From: Candidatus Binatia bacterium
GTDB lineage: Bacteria > Desulfobacterota > Binatia > UBA9968 > CAXXLF01
Assembly (NCBI GenBank): GCA_963664015.2
Contig: CAXXLF010000002.1
Location: 1,024,001-1,088,000, forward strand
Reading direction: 5' to 3'
Length of the DNA stretch: 64,000 bases
In this document: positions 46,893 through 57,062 of the stretch, piece by piece
Layout of the letters: each line of letters starts with the position of its first letter
Numbering within the stretch: position 1 is the first letter of the stretch
The notes under the pieces: model-generated
Databases searched by the model: none
What the model was told of the DNA's origin: nothing
The model's input: only the letters and a program-made list of their open reading frames with translations
Translations under genes and position numbers: made by a program

Positions 46893-47002
46893 CCATCTCA
46901 GTCCGATGGACTGAGCTATCGCTCGGTTATGGCTGCCACTTAGGGTTTTCCTTGGGGCCGGCATCCCGTGGCACGGCCATATCGAAACTCTGGGTGGTAA
47001 AC

Positions 47003-48286
47003 ATGCAAATTCAGAATCCTTCCACGTCCGAAAAGCCAAAATCACCATCCCGCCTGGCCATCTTTAAGATCCGTAACTTTCGATATTACTGGGGAGCGAC
47101 GATCTTCTCACTCATCGGAGAGCACATCGAAGGAGTGATCCGCAGCTATGTGGTTTGGGAGATTACCCATTCGGTCTTCTGGTTATCGGCCCTGATCTTC
47201 GTCCACTGGGTCCCCTTTACCCTCTTTAGCCTTCCGGCGGGTATGATCGCTGACAGGGTGAACCGCCAGAGGGTTATGTTCTGGGCGGAGATCTGCCTTT
47301 CTATCGCTGCCTTTGGGATGTTTATCACGACCTATATGGGCATTATCAATGAGTACTGGCTTGCGGGTCTCCTGGTCATCCATGCGCTTCCGGGGCCCCT
47401 GGCCAACCCGTGCAGACAGCTCTTTGTTCACGACATGGTGGGCCGGGAGAACCTCCTAGCGGGCGTCAGCATGACTTCATCGCTTCGCCATGCCACCCAA
47501 TCCATTGGCAAACCATTCGGAGGCCTTATTCTGGCAACCGTAGGCCCCGCATTCGGCTTCCTGATTGATGCCCTGATGTTTGTTCCCATGATCATCACTT
47601 TACGATTTATTATAAACGTAAAGCAGGCAGAGGTTCCCGCCGAGCGACGCCGGCCTACCTTCAAGCAGTTCACCGATGGGCTCAATTACGTACGTAAGGA
47701 CCGTTCTATTCTCGCCACCATTTTCCTGGGAATTGCACCAAGCACCTTTGTCGGCAATGCACTGGTCATTTTTTATCTACTCTACGCGGATCAGGTATTT
47801 CACTTGGGAACAACGGGCTATACCCTCTTTCTGGCCGCCGATGGGATCGGTGCCCTGGTGGGTGTCATCCTCCTGGTCTGGATGGGCAACATCGCCTGGA
47901 AGGGAAAGCTACTCCTAATGGGGGTCTTCGGTTACAGTGGATTCCTAATTGCATTCGCTCTATCGAGGTCTTTTCCCCTCTCCCTGTTCTTCCTCTTCTG
48001 CTTCGGCGTCTGCCAGGTAGCCGTTACCGCTGCTGCAACGACCCTGATGCTGAACAGCGCCTCCGGCGATATGCGGGGGCAGGTCATGGGCGTCTATAAC
48101 TTCGGGAGTATGGGCTTGAGGGTTTTGAATGGGCCTTTTTTCTGGGGCGCACACACATTGTGGCTCGCCGTGCTGGCCAACCCAGTAACCGGGATTGCCG
48201 CCGCCGTGAGCAGCGGTGCGGTTATAATCGGGCTGTTGGGGTTATGCGTTGTCAAATACTTGCCGGGGATGCACCATCAGGAGTGA
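47003..48286 (+). CDS. MFS transporter (MFS_3/EntS-like)
   Basis: About 12 TM helices, GMIADRVNRQ motif A, DGLNYVR, MRGQVMGVY. Confidence 0.9.
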   Translation: MQIQNPSTSEKPKSPSRLAIFKIRNFRYYWGATIFSLIGEHIEGVIRSYVVWEITHSVFWLSALIFVHWVPFTLFSLPAGMIADRVNRQRVMFWAEICLSIAAFGMFITTYMGIINEYWLAGLLVIHALPGPLANPCRQLFVHDMVGRENLLAGVSMTSSLRHATQSIGKPFGGLILATVGPAFGFLIDALMFVPMIITLRFIINVKQAEVPAERRRPTFKQFTDGLNYVRKDRSILATIFLGIAPSTFVGNALVIFYLLYADQVFHLGTTGYTLFLAADGIGALVGVILLVWMGNIAWKGKLLLMGVFGYSGFLIAFALSRSFPLSLFFLFCFGVCQVAVTAAATTLMLNSASGDMRGQVMGVYNFGSMGLRVLNGPFFWGAHTLWLAVLANPVTGIAAAVSSGAVIIGLLGLCVVKYLPGMHHQE

Positions 48287-48298
48287 TTCGGGTTCAAC

Positions 48299-48565
48299 TC
48301 AGTGCCGGCTTACAAGGCGAATGAATTCCTCTACTGTCAACCTCCCATCCACCAGCCGCTCCGTATCCGACGGACTAGAAGGATAGCCCTTCCCGTTGAT
48401 GAACAGCTCCCAATAGAAAATATCTTCTAACGAAGGGCAAGGGCCCTGAAATCCTTCCGCATCATGACGTATGACGAAATCCTTTCCCCGAAGGATCATC
48501 CTGGCATTCGCCCCATTGTCCCGACACCACCGTTGTATTTCCTCGATTGTCATATATTCTCCCAC
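48299..48565 (-). CDS. Hypothetical protein (88 aa)
   Basis: Protein-like composition; lies 7 nt downstream of the cupin gene on the same strand. Confidence 0.6.
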   Translation of the reverse strand: MGEYMTIEEIQRWCRDNGANARMILRGKDFVIRHDAEGFQGPCPSLEDIFYWELFINGKGYPSSPSDTERLVDGRLTVEEFIRLVSRH

Positions 48566-48572
48566 CTGATAA

Positions 48573-48989
48573 CTACGGGGTTTGATCGAGGAGGTGCTCT
48601 TTCAAGCTCGTATCGATGCCATAGAGAACTTTGGTAATTTTTGGTTTCGGGTTAGGGGTAGTGCTCACCTGATAGAGGACAAGGCGTCCCTCGCCCGTGT
48701 TATTGAGCTGATAAAAATAACCAGCCGGAACATGAACCCCCTGGTGCTGTGTGAAATGAGCCTCCCCACCCTTCAAGAATTTCATGGTGCAATCGCCTTG
48801 CACTACGAAAAAAGTATGGTCGGATCCCGGATGGCAGTGCATTTCGTCGTTAACGCCCGGCTCGTAACAGTTCAAAGCAATCAAGCTACGGTCCGTCTTG
48901 GTGCAACTGACGTGGTTGCGCCCCGTAGCGCTCCCCCACTTTGCCTCTTTTGCAATATCAACGACTTTTGGGTCGGTAAGATTATCCAT
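48573..48989 (-). CDS. Cupin-domain protein
   Basis: YEPG...MHCHPGSDHTFFVVQG, VPAG.FYQL.NTG; AAGGGGG RBS. Confidence 0.85.
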   Translation of the reverse strand: MDNLTDPKVVDIAKEAKWGSATGRNHVSCTKTDRSLIALNCYEPGVNDEMHCHPGSDHTFFVVQGDCTMKFLKGGEAHFTQHQGVHVPAGYFYQLNNTGEGRLVLYQVSTTPNPKPKITKVLYGIDTSLKEHLLDQTP

Positions 48990-49175
48990 GGCAATTCCCC
49001 CTTTCCTTGGATCTTTAGGTTCTCATATGACGATTTCCGTTAGAAATCAACCCCGCATCCCTCTGATGTAGGTCGATAGAACGACATTGAGCACGGTCAG
49101 GGCAATCAGCATCCAAACCGATCATCACCTGGCGCCAGTCCTTAGTGAATCCACTGCCGTTTTGCGTCTCATTTT

Positions 49176-50770
49176 TCAATCGCACACGGTGTGGGAGTAA
49201 GTCTCTACGTCGACAAAGGCCTCGGTGACACAAGGGCCATCGAGCTTCAAGCCCCAATCCAGAGCATCGGAGATCTCTGATTCGTTCTTTGCCGACCGGC
49301 ACGGGACACCAAAGTAATGGGCCGGCGATTCGGGGGGATCTCCGAGATAAACTCCCGAGTGAACATAGCCCTTACGCTCCTGCTTGACCTTGATCAAGCC
49401 CAACCAACCATCGTTCAATACCACAATGGGGACCGTCAACCCCAGTCGTTTTGCCACGGCAAGTTCCCCCACCGTCACTTAAAAACAGCCGTCGCCGACA
49501 ACCCCAACAACCTTCCGGTCGGGGTATACCAGTTTTGCCGCATAAGCGGCCGGCATACCGTAACCCATGGAAGACCAGCCATTGGTTGCAAGACAGGTCC
49601 GGGGGAGATCGGTGCGCCATTGGATAGCAATCTGATGCGTATGAGCCCCCACATCGTATTCGAGAATCCCATCGGCGGGAAGTTTATTCCGCAGGATGTC
49701 AATAACATGATGCGCACCAAGCCCCGCTGTGTCTGGCCTCAAGGCCCCCTCCAATGTCTCGCGGTGCCGATCCCGTTCTCCATTGGACCAATCGTTTGGA
49801 ACAGGCGGAATCTCGTTCAATCTGCCGATGGCCAGGTCGAAATTCCCGGCCTCGTCGAGCAGCAGCTCAACCTCCCGGCCGACGTTCGCGGGCTCGGTAC
49901 TGATGTGGATTACAGGTGTCGCACCCACCCAATCCTGATAGTTGATCTCAATGGGATCGTATCCGATAGCCAGGATCAGATCCGCTTTTTGAAAAAAGGC
50001 CTGTACGTCCGTTCGGCGCGCGCGTCCCAATACGCCGGCCCAGTTGGAATGCCTCTCAGGGAGAAATCCCTTACCGTGAAGGGTGGAGATATAAGGCAGG
50101 TTGTGTTTTTCAATAAACCGCAACAGGCTTTTCCACTCCTTGCAGCGCGTAAACGTCAAGCCCGTGACCACGACGGGCCTTCGGCTACGCTGAAGCGCAT
50201 CCGAAACCTGCCGGAAGACCGCCTCAGGAATATCGCGGGGCATGGGCCATAGTTTTTTATGCTTGGGATTCACGGTGGTTTCGTCCAGGGCCACGTCCTC
50301 AGGTAAATCCATGTGCACGGGCCCGGTGGTTCCGCCGTCGCTGTCGTAAACGCTTCGGCCAGAATCTCCGCCATTCCGCCGGACCGCACCGCAAACGTGT
50401 TCTTTGTAATCGGCTTAAAGAGCGCGTGATGGTCGATCCGCATCTGCACGCGTCGGTCGATCCAGGAGGTCTCCACGTTGCAGGTAATCGCAATGAGCGG
50501 GTGCCGATCGAGCCAGGCACACCCCACCCCCGTAGCCAGGTTAGTAGCTCCGGGACCCAGAGTAGAGACGCACACACCCGGGATTCCAGTGAGCGCCCCC
50601 ACCGTGGCGGCCATAAACCCTGCCGAGGTCTCACTGGCAGTCAGGACATAATCGATGGGACTCGTTTGCAGCGCCTCGATCAATGGCAGCACCGGTCCAC
50701 TGGGGACACCGAATACCCACCGCACCCCAGCCTCCTCCATGGTTTTCAACAGCAGTTCAACGTTTTTCAT
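49176..50770 (-). pseudogene. Thiamine-pyrophosphate enzyme (acetolactate synthase large subunit-like) with frameshift and nonsense codon
   Basis: VFGVP, E..AGFMA, TLGPGATN; frameshift near 50320 (GPVHMDLPED); SMGYGMPAA; GDGCF-TAA-VTVGEL at 49479-49481. Confidence 0.88.
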
Positions 50771-50782
50771 TTTTTCTCTTCT

Positions 50783-51265
50783 TCAGGTCCCGATTCGTAC
50801 CGGATCCGCAATATCCTGGAGGGTCCGCATAATAGAGAGGGTTGTCATCCTCACATGCTCAACGGCTCCCTTACAAGCCGATTTAATTCCTTCGAGACCC
50901 GCGATGGCACCCGAGGGTACGAACAATTGGCATCCGCTGGTTCTCGATAGTTCGATAATATCCGGATGATCAAGCAGCGCACCGGCACTGATCACCATCA
51001 AGTCCTTACCCGCCTGGAACGTCTCCCGAGCAACTTCACCGACGATTTCCCCGCCAACCGCTTCGACGACAATATCCGAGCGCTTGATCAACTCGCTTCG
51101 GTCAAGAAACGGCGGCGGATCGCGAAGCGTGGGTAAAAATTGGCACGCGGGATCTTCCGTACTGCTGTTCACACCAGCCACCTTCACGGTGAGCACGCCG
51201 GTATCAACTCCCTTGAGAAGCGTGCGCCCAATAGCTCCGCAGCCTACAATTCCGATTGATTTCAC
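50783..51265 (-). pseudogene. L-aspartate dehydrogenase (NadX-like) N-terminal fragment
   Basis: IGIVGCGAIG, DIVVEA, VISAGAL, PSGAIAGL; similarity ends at VRMTT, so the C-terminal half is absent. Confidence 0.75.
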
Positions 51266-51739
51266 AGGGATGCTCCCATTCAGATTTTGTATCTTGGGTG
51301 TTTCTCTGAGTCAACGAAGCAGAAACGGAAGGCACTCCGAACCGTGCAACCCGCCATAGCTTATGTACACCCTTGCCACCCATCTGCTTGGAAACGGCTA
51401 TGGTATTCGCAATATCCGAAAATCACTTGGACACAGGGATGGAAACACCATCATGATTCATACAGGCATCTTAAATCGACGAGCGAAGGCGATCCCATAC
51501 CTTCCGACAAATTATGGTGAGGGGTGATATACCGACCTCCAGGTCGGCCTTTGCCGAATCTTCATGCTTTAAGTGTTCATTGTACCCAACTGAAAACGGT
51601 GTAGATTTTTAATTATTAGTTGACCCGACAGATTGTAATATACAGACATTAAAAGGAGATATACCGGTCAGCAATTTACTTGTTAGAACACCAAAGAATC
51701 CGCAACGACAAGTGGCGATTCATAATTAACAGTAGAATA

Positions 51740-52115
51740 TTTTACAGACTCACGCTCTCATTATTCTTTTCCATCTTGGTTGCAGCAGCATTGTGCAAAG
51801 CGGAGGTGGTAAAAACGTGCAGACTTTACAGAGCGTGGCAAAGCTTCCTACTACGCAATGAAATATCAAGCGAGTAGAACCGCGAGCGATGAGCGGTTCA
51901 ACCAGGCAGCTACTACTGCGGCCCATAAAACACTGCCCTTCGGCACAGGAATAAGAGTTACTAACCTCAAGAATGAAAAAAGCGTTGAGGTGAGAATCAA
52001 TGACAGGGGGCCTTTCGTTGGAGACAGGATCATTGACCTGTTTAGGTCCGCATTTTCTAAAATCGGTGACCTTAGTTTGGGAGTGATAGAAGTAAAGATT
52101 GAGGTTATTCGGTAA
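51740..52115 (+). pseudogene. rlpA: RlpA-family lytic transglycosylase (DPBB domain) with out-of-frame signal peptide
   Basis: GKASYYA...TAAHKTLPFGT..RVTNL...VRINDRGPF..RIIDL. The hydrophobic leader is in a different frame; the region is visibly AT-richer. Confidence 0.75.
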
Positions 52116-52381
52116 AATAGCCCGACAAGGCCTTTCACTCAGACTCTCAAAGCTTTTGTTTCGTAGTAAACAGACCGGCCGGGGAACGTGAAGGTATCCG
52201 CCCTAACCCTCCCCGTCACCTTGACTCCTCGATCCCCTTAACCAGATAAACCCATGCCGCCAAACCCATTTGGGCCTGGCGGCATGGTCGAATGGTTTAT
52301 TTCGTATCCCTAGTATCCGCCTTTTCCCCACCACCAACGCTAACCCCCGGTCGCAGCTTAAGGCAGGGGGACAAGTGTTTC

Positions 52382-52954
52382 CTATTCCGTTTCGAAGAAA
52401 CTAACGCTGATGGTATGATTACCGCTTACCTCAAGCGCCAGGATTTCGAGTTCATACTCGGTTCCCGGCTCGAGAAACTCGTCCGACACGGTCAAGCTAT
52501 TCCGATCGGGAGGCACGTGCACGTCGAAGATCGGCCGGGAAAACCCGTTGGGATCGTCGTGCTCTTCCTTGGTAATAATGACCTCATAGCCGGTAATCGT
52601 AACGTCACCGCCGTCAAGGGTTTCAGTCACAGGCTCCCAAGTACTCTCTAGACCGGCAGGGGACCCTACAGCATCTTCCACAGGGGAGATAATCATCGGC
52701 GCTACAGGGATATCGTGGGTGAACGTGGCAAACCCATTTAACCCCCTTCCATCAAAGTTGATGCCGCGAACCTTGTATGCCCCCTCCGGAAACGCTTCCT
52801 TGAGATCCTCGATGAAAAATTCCGAATTTGGGGGCTCTCTGGATTCGAATAAAATACCCGCTATGGTCAGGTCTTTCAGCTGATTTTTGGGGTTGACTAC
52901 CAGCACCCTCCGGCCGTCCGGATCAAAGACACATAGCTTCGACCAACCGTCCAT
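52382..52954 (-). CDS. Acidic beta-rich (FN3-like) protein, probably a 5'-truncated fragment of a secreted protein
   Basis: WEPV...ITGYEV...LEPGTEYELEILA pattern typical of FN3; no signal peptide. Confidence 0.55.
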   Translation of the reverse strand: MDGWSKLCVFDPDGRRVLVVNPKNQLKDLTIAGILFESREPPNSEFFIEDLKEAFPEGAYKVRGINFDGRGLNGFATFTHDIPVAPMIISPVEDAVGSPAGLESTWEPVTETLDGGDVTITGYEVIITKEEHDDPNGFSRPIFDVHVPPDRNSLTVSDEFLEPGTEYELEILALEVSGNHTISVSFFETE

Positions 52955-53523
52955 TACAAAAGAAGGTAAAGGTTCTAATCAATTTGGCAGATTGTCTTTG
53001 CAAGCTTGGCTTTATGGATCACCGATATCTTCTAGCAATCATTTTTAAACAGACCCCTCCAAGAACCCTACTCGATAGTTTTTCTGAAGACGGGTACCAA
53101 GTGGTAAATCTTCCAACCCCCCCATTCGCCTCCGACTAACACCAAGATGGAGCCTGTGCCATTCAAAAAGGTAATGTAAACTCCAATGGAACTCCTCTGC
53201 GTCAATCCTATTGGAATTGTTGAGTTTCCCGATGCCTACGAGGCGTCGCCGCGGAGCTTGCCAGTGGCCCTGCGGCTTGTAGCTGCAGGTTTGCTCATTG
53301 CCTTCACCGGGGTGGGCATCGTAACTACGATGGCAACCCTCGGCACCTATTGCCTAACCTCTTATGCTGCGATGCCCACAGCAGCACCGAATTTGAAAGA
53401 GAGGGAGGTTCGTGTGGCCGGCAGTCCATACCACAGAATTCCTGACTTGCAATAACACCACGGTCCCATTTCATCCGGCCGCGGGAATGAAGTCACCCCT
53501 AGAATTTCAAGCACTTAAGTGGC

Positions 53524-53552
53524 TTGACAACCCCCTCCTTACACTATATTTA
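53524..53552 (+). promoter_or_regulatory. Putative sigma70 promoter
   Basis: TTGACA at 53524 with an AT-rich TATATTTA -10 region; GGAGA RBS before ATG 53592. Confidence 0.5.
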
Positions 53553-53591
53553 TCATCTCATGTTCCGACTAAAGGCTCCCGGAGATTCTTT

Positions 53592-54083
53592 ATGACGTCA
53601 CTCATCCGGAACGAGCCGGGCGCGGCCGGTACACTCCGAGTCCTTCGCACGCTTTTGTTGATTATTTTTCTGTTAGGACTCATGGGCACCACGGTGGAAT
53701 TGTTACTGGTGGGGCACGTCGAAGAGTTCTGGCAGTTCCTCCCGCTAGTCATAATCTCACTCACCTTGGTAGTACTCGGTTGGTGCGCCGCCCACCGCGG
53801 CTCCGCGAGCATGCGGGCCTTTCAGGGCACCATGATGCTCTTCATAGTGAGCGGCTGTGTCGGGCTCTGGTTACACTACCGGGCAAACGTGGAATTTGCA
53901 CTGGAGACGCATCCAACTCTTAGGGGAGCGACCCTCTTTCTGAAGGCGGTCAAAGGAGCCGTGCCGCCGACCCTTGCTCCAGGAATCATGATCCAGCTAG
54001 GGCTGTTGGGTCTCGCCTACGCCTACGGTCACCCGGCCCTGACGCAAGGAAATGTAAAAAAGTCCAGCGACATAGAAGAATGA
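53592..54083 (+). CDS. Four-TM hypothetical membrane protein
   Basis: Four hydrophobic helices, ELLLVGH and HYRANVEF motifs; ATGA overlap with the next gene. Confidence 0.75.
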   Translation: MTSLIRNEPGAAGTLRVLRTLLLIIFLLGLMGTTVELLLVGHVEEFWQFLPLVIISLTLVVLGWCAAHRGSASMRAFQGTMMLFIVSGCVGLWLHYRANVEFALETHPTLRGATLFLKAVKGAVPPTLAPGIMIQLGLLGLAYAYGHPALTQGNVKKSSDIEE

Positions 54084-54754
54084 TAATGAATCGGATCAAG
54101 TCAGTTCTTTCCACTGTGTTTACCATCCTCGTGCTGGTGGCGGGAGTGGCAGGTACGGCTTCAGGCCAGGTGGGGAAAAATCAAGGGGTGGTGAACCCGA
54201 ACCTTGCCGGCAAAGAAGAACTGATGGCGCTCCCCCACCTCAACGAAGCTATCGTCAAGGACCTCACCGACCAGCGCCCCTTTCTCACCATGACGGACCT
54301 GAATACCATACCCAGCCGCTCCCTTAATAAGGAACAGTTGAGCACGCTCTATGCCAAACTCTTCGTGCCCATCAATCTCAATACCGCAACACGGGAAGAG
54401 ATCCTGCTCGTCCCAGGGGTAGGACATCGCATGGCGCACGAGTTTGAAGAGTACCGTCCCTATCGATCCCTGAACCAGTTTCGCCGTGAGATGGGCAAAT
54501 ATGTGGACGACAAAGAAGTGGCTCGCCTGGAGCAGTACGTCTTCGTCCCTATCGAACTCAACAGCGCGAGCGAAGTTGCCATCCGCAGCATTCCCGGCAT
54601 CGGCCGCCGCATGGTGCACGAATTCAAGGAATACCGGCCCTACCGCAGCATTGGGCAATTCCGCCGTGAGATCGGCAAATATGTGGACGACAAAGAACTC
54701 TCGAGGCTCGAAAGATACGTCACCCTGGAGACGGCATCGGGGGAGCCCAACTAG
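54080..54754 (+). CDS. Secreted protein with tandem helix-hairpin-helix (ComEA/HHH_3-like) repeats
   Basis: Signal peptide; INLNTATREEILLVPGVG and IELNSASEVAIRSIPGIG; 180-bp internal repeat. Confidence 0.85.
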   Translation: MIMNRIKSVLSTVFTILVLVAGVAGTASGQVGKNQGVVNPNLAGKEELMALPHLNEAIVKDLTDQRPFLTMTDLNTIPSRSLNKEQLSTLYAKLFVPINLNTATREEILLVPGVGHRMAHEFEEYRPYRSLNQFRREMGKYVDDKEVARLEQYVFVPIELNSASEVAIRSIPGIGRRMVHEFKEYRPYRSIGQFRREIGKYVDDKELSRLERYVTLETASGEPN

Positions 54755-55167
54755 AGCCAGTAGAGCATGCCGTAGACTATTACCCCCGTTACCGATACAT
54801 AGAGCCAAAGAGGCAGGGTCCACCGGGCGATCCGCTTGTGCCTGTCAAAGTTTCCCTTCAAAGCCCGTTTTAGGGTAATGAGTGCCATTGGAACAATGGT
54901 CACGGCCAGAATCGCATGGGAGATTAAAATCGAGAAGTAAACGGGACGAATCCAACCCTGTCCCTCAAAGGGGACAGAACCCACATTGTAGTGGTAAATG
55001 AGGTAGGAGATTAAAAAAAGTGCTGAGGTACAAAAGGCCCCTAGCATGCAGAGCTGGTGGGCGACGATCCGGCCGCGCCGGATGTGGCGATACCCATAGA
55101 CCAACAGCAGGAGACTGAGCGAATTCAGTCCCGCATTGAGGTGGGGCAAATACGACAGCGGAAACAA
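54751..55167 (-). CDS. DUF420 membrane protein (CtaM/YozB-like; start approximate)
   Basis: LPHLNAGLN, H..CM..AF, SYLIYH, ILISH, HKRIARWTLPLWLYVSVTGV; last gene of the cox operon. Confidence 0.88.
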   Translation of the reverse strand: MFPLSYLPHLNAGLNSLSLLLLVYGYRHIRRGRIVAHQLCMLGAFCTSALFLISYLIYHYNVGSVPFEGQGWIRPVYFSILISHAILAVTIVPMALITLKRALKGNFDRHKRIARWTLPLWLYVSVTGVIVYGMLYWL

Positions 55168-55175
55168 ATCTACAG

Positions 55176-55445
55176 TCAGGACAGTCCTGGAATCAGCATC
55201 AGGATCAAGAAGACGCAGAGAACGAACGGCGACAGGGCAATCCATGTGAGTGTCTTGCGCTCATACTTGAGGTGCATGAAGTACATGGCTACCAGCGCCG
55301 CCTTGGTAATGGCCATCCCCACGAGCAGAATTGCAATCATCATTTTGGGAATGTTCAGATAGATGACAGCGACCTCCAGGATCGTCAGAGCGAGGAGCCA
55401 CCAAAAAACGGCCATATAGTTCGGTCCCGTATGTGCTTGAGACAT
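55176..55445 (-). CDS. Cytochrome c oxidase subunit IV family protein
   Basis: LLALTILEV...KAALVAMYFMHLKYE. Confidence 0.9.
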   Translation of the reverse strand: MSQAHTGPNYMAVFWWLLALTILEVAVIYLNIPKMMIAILLVGMAITKAALVAMYFMHLKYERKTLTWIALSPFVLCVFLILMLIPGLS

Positions 55446-55456
55446 GATTAATTACC

Positions 55457-56065
55457 TCACAACAGATAAATGAAAGTAAAGATCAGGATCCAGACCAGGT
55501 CGACAAAGTGCCAATAGAGCCCTGAGATCTCCACTTCACCGGCCCCATAGGTGCCCCGCCTCACCGCGAAAAATACACAAATGTTATAAATCACTCCCCC
55601 GGTAACGTGCATTCCGTGGAAACCCGTGAGGACAAAAAAGGTCGCTGCAAACAAATGCGTGGAGAAGGAAAACCCGGCTTCAGGCAACGTGTGGTTTATC
55701 AGATGAGTCCACTCATAGGCCTGGAGGCCAAGAAAGGCCGCCCCGCTCAAGATGGTCAGCCCCATAAATCGGGTAAACCCCTTCACGTCCCCTCTCTGAA
55801 CGGCAGATAGAGACTGAACCATGGTAACGCTGCTACAGATCAGCAGAAAGGTCATCAGGGCCGTCAGGTTGATCCCGAGGACCGCCGAAGGCACCGGCCA
55901 GCTGGAGCTCAGGCCTCGAAAGGTCCCGTAGCATACGATCAGTGTGCCAAAACTCATGGCATCCCCCGCTATGAAAAGCCACATCCCCAGCTTGCCCCAG
56001 CTTTCCGGGGTCAGGGGTGATTCAGCCGGTTCGGCGGATGGATGCATCACCGCAGCTTGACTCAT
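55457..56065 (-). CDS. Cytochrome c oxidase subunit III family protein
   Basis: KLGMWLFI, LLICSSVTM, TGFHGMHV, GLYWHFVDLVW. Confidence 0.95.
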   Translation of the reverse strand: MSQAAVMHPSAEPAESPLTPESWGKLGMWLFIAGDAMSFGTLIVCYGTFRGLSSSWPVPSAVLGINLTALMTFLLICSSVTMVQSLSAVQRGDVKGFTRFMGLTILSGAAFLGLQAYEWTHLINHTLPEAGFSFSTHLFAATFFVLTGFHGMHVTGGVIYNICVFFAVRRGTYGAGEVEISGLYWHFVDLVWILIFTFIYLL

Positions 56066-56109
56066 CTTCTATCCTCCTTCGATCTCGCAATCATTTTCAA
56101 CAATGGCCT

Positions 56110-56328
56110 CTACCCTTCAAGTTCGTGTTGGTTTTTCACCGCACGCCGCTGGCTATAGAAGATCCATGCTCCGATGGATCCGCCAATAACGTAAGGCGTG
56201 GCCATAAGAAAAAGGACGGTCCAGTTCATCGCCGTAGCCACAGATTCTTCCCCGGCAGTCCCGATTCGGGGAAAAAGGAAAAGCTCCGAGGTTAGACAAC
56301 CAGCGAAAACTAGCAACCTGTAACCCAT
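56110..56328 (-). CDS. Small membrane protein in the cox operon
   Basis: AMNWTVLFLMATPYVIGGSIGAWIFY TM segment; in-operon position. Confidence 0.6.
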   Translation of the reverse strand: MGYRLLVFAGCLTSELFLFPRIGTAGEESVATAMNWTVLFLMATPYVIGGSIGAWIFYSQRRAVKNQHELEG

Positions 56329-56385
56329 TTCAATCCCAATACCCCGATAGCTAACCCATCCTTTTCCCGGAATCAATGTGCTACT

Positions 56386-57042
56386 CTATATCAGATAGAC
56401 CAATGTAAAAAGCAGCGGCCAGAGGCCGACCACAAAGGTCCAGTAGAGAGTAAAAGTTTCGACGACTACATGGCGACCAGCCGTAAATCGCCCCTGCCTT
56501 GCCTGGATTAATATAACCAGCAACCAGACGGCGGCAAGCAACACGTGTAATCCGTGAAATCCGATCAGCGTGTAAAATGTCGACCCGTAAATTCCGCTCG
56601 ATACTGTGAGCCCGAAATGAACCAGGCGGACCCACTCGTATCCCTGCACACAGAGGAAGAGGATTCCCAGCATCGCCGTGCCCCCAAGCCACCGTACGAG
56701 ACCAACGGATTCCCCGTTACGAATCGCGTTCAAGGCGCGATGGGCCGTCCAACCGCTTAGCAGAAGCACAAATGTGTTGACTCCGGTTACACCCAGAGGG
56801 AGACGCGGCTGAGACAGGGGCGGCCAGATCTCGCTGCCGAGACGAAAGACCAGGAAGGAACCGATAAGCCCGGCAAAAAACATTGTCTCCGCTCCCAAAA
56901 ACATTAACAGGCCGAGGCGCGCATTGCTCATGGCGGGAACCGTAGAGGGATAAGATGGAGGGCCCCCGGCAAAACCGGTGAGGTCCGACTCACCCTCAAC
57001 GGTCAGTTCCACCGGGCGCCTGACAATCGCCGCTCTAGCCAT
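56386..57042 (-). CDS. Second cytochrome c oxidase subunit III family protein
   Basis: LGLLMFLGAETMFFAGL, NTFVLLLS, FYTLIGFHGLHV, LYWTFV. Confidence 0.9.
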   Translation of the reverse strand: MARAAIVRRPVELTVEGESDLTGFAGGPPSYPSTVPAMSNARLGLLMFLGAETMFFAGLIGSFLVFRLGSEIWPPLSQPRLPLGVTGVNTFVLLLSGWTAHRALNAIRNGESVGLVRWLGGTAMLGILFLCVQGYEWVRLVHFGLTVSSGIYGSTFYTLIGFHGLHVLLAAVWLLVILIQARQGRFTAGRHVVVETFTLYWTFVVGLWPLLFTLVYLI

Positions 57043-57062
57043 GATTTTGCATCTCATTATCC

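Noticed and set aside
52252-52288. CCATGCCGCCA...TGGCGGCATGG hairpin as an ncRNA
   Set aside because: It lies between convergent gene remnants and is most simply a terminator-like stem; there is no other support.
53186-53455. 89-aa ORF with one hydrophobic helix
   Set aside because: It may be a gene relic, but it has no clear RBS or recognisable family, so I did not call it.
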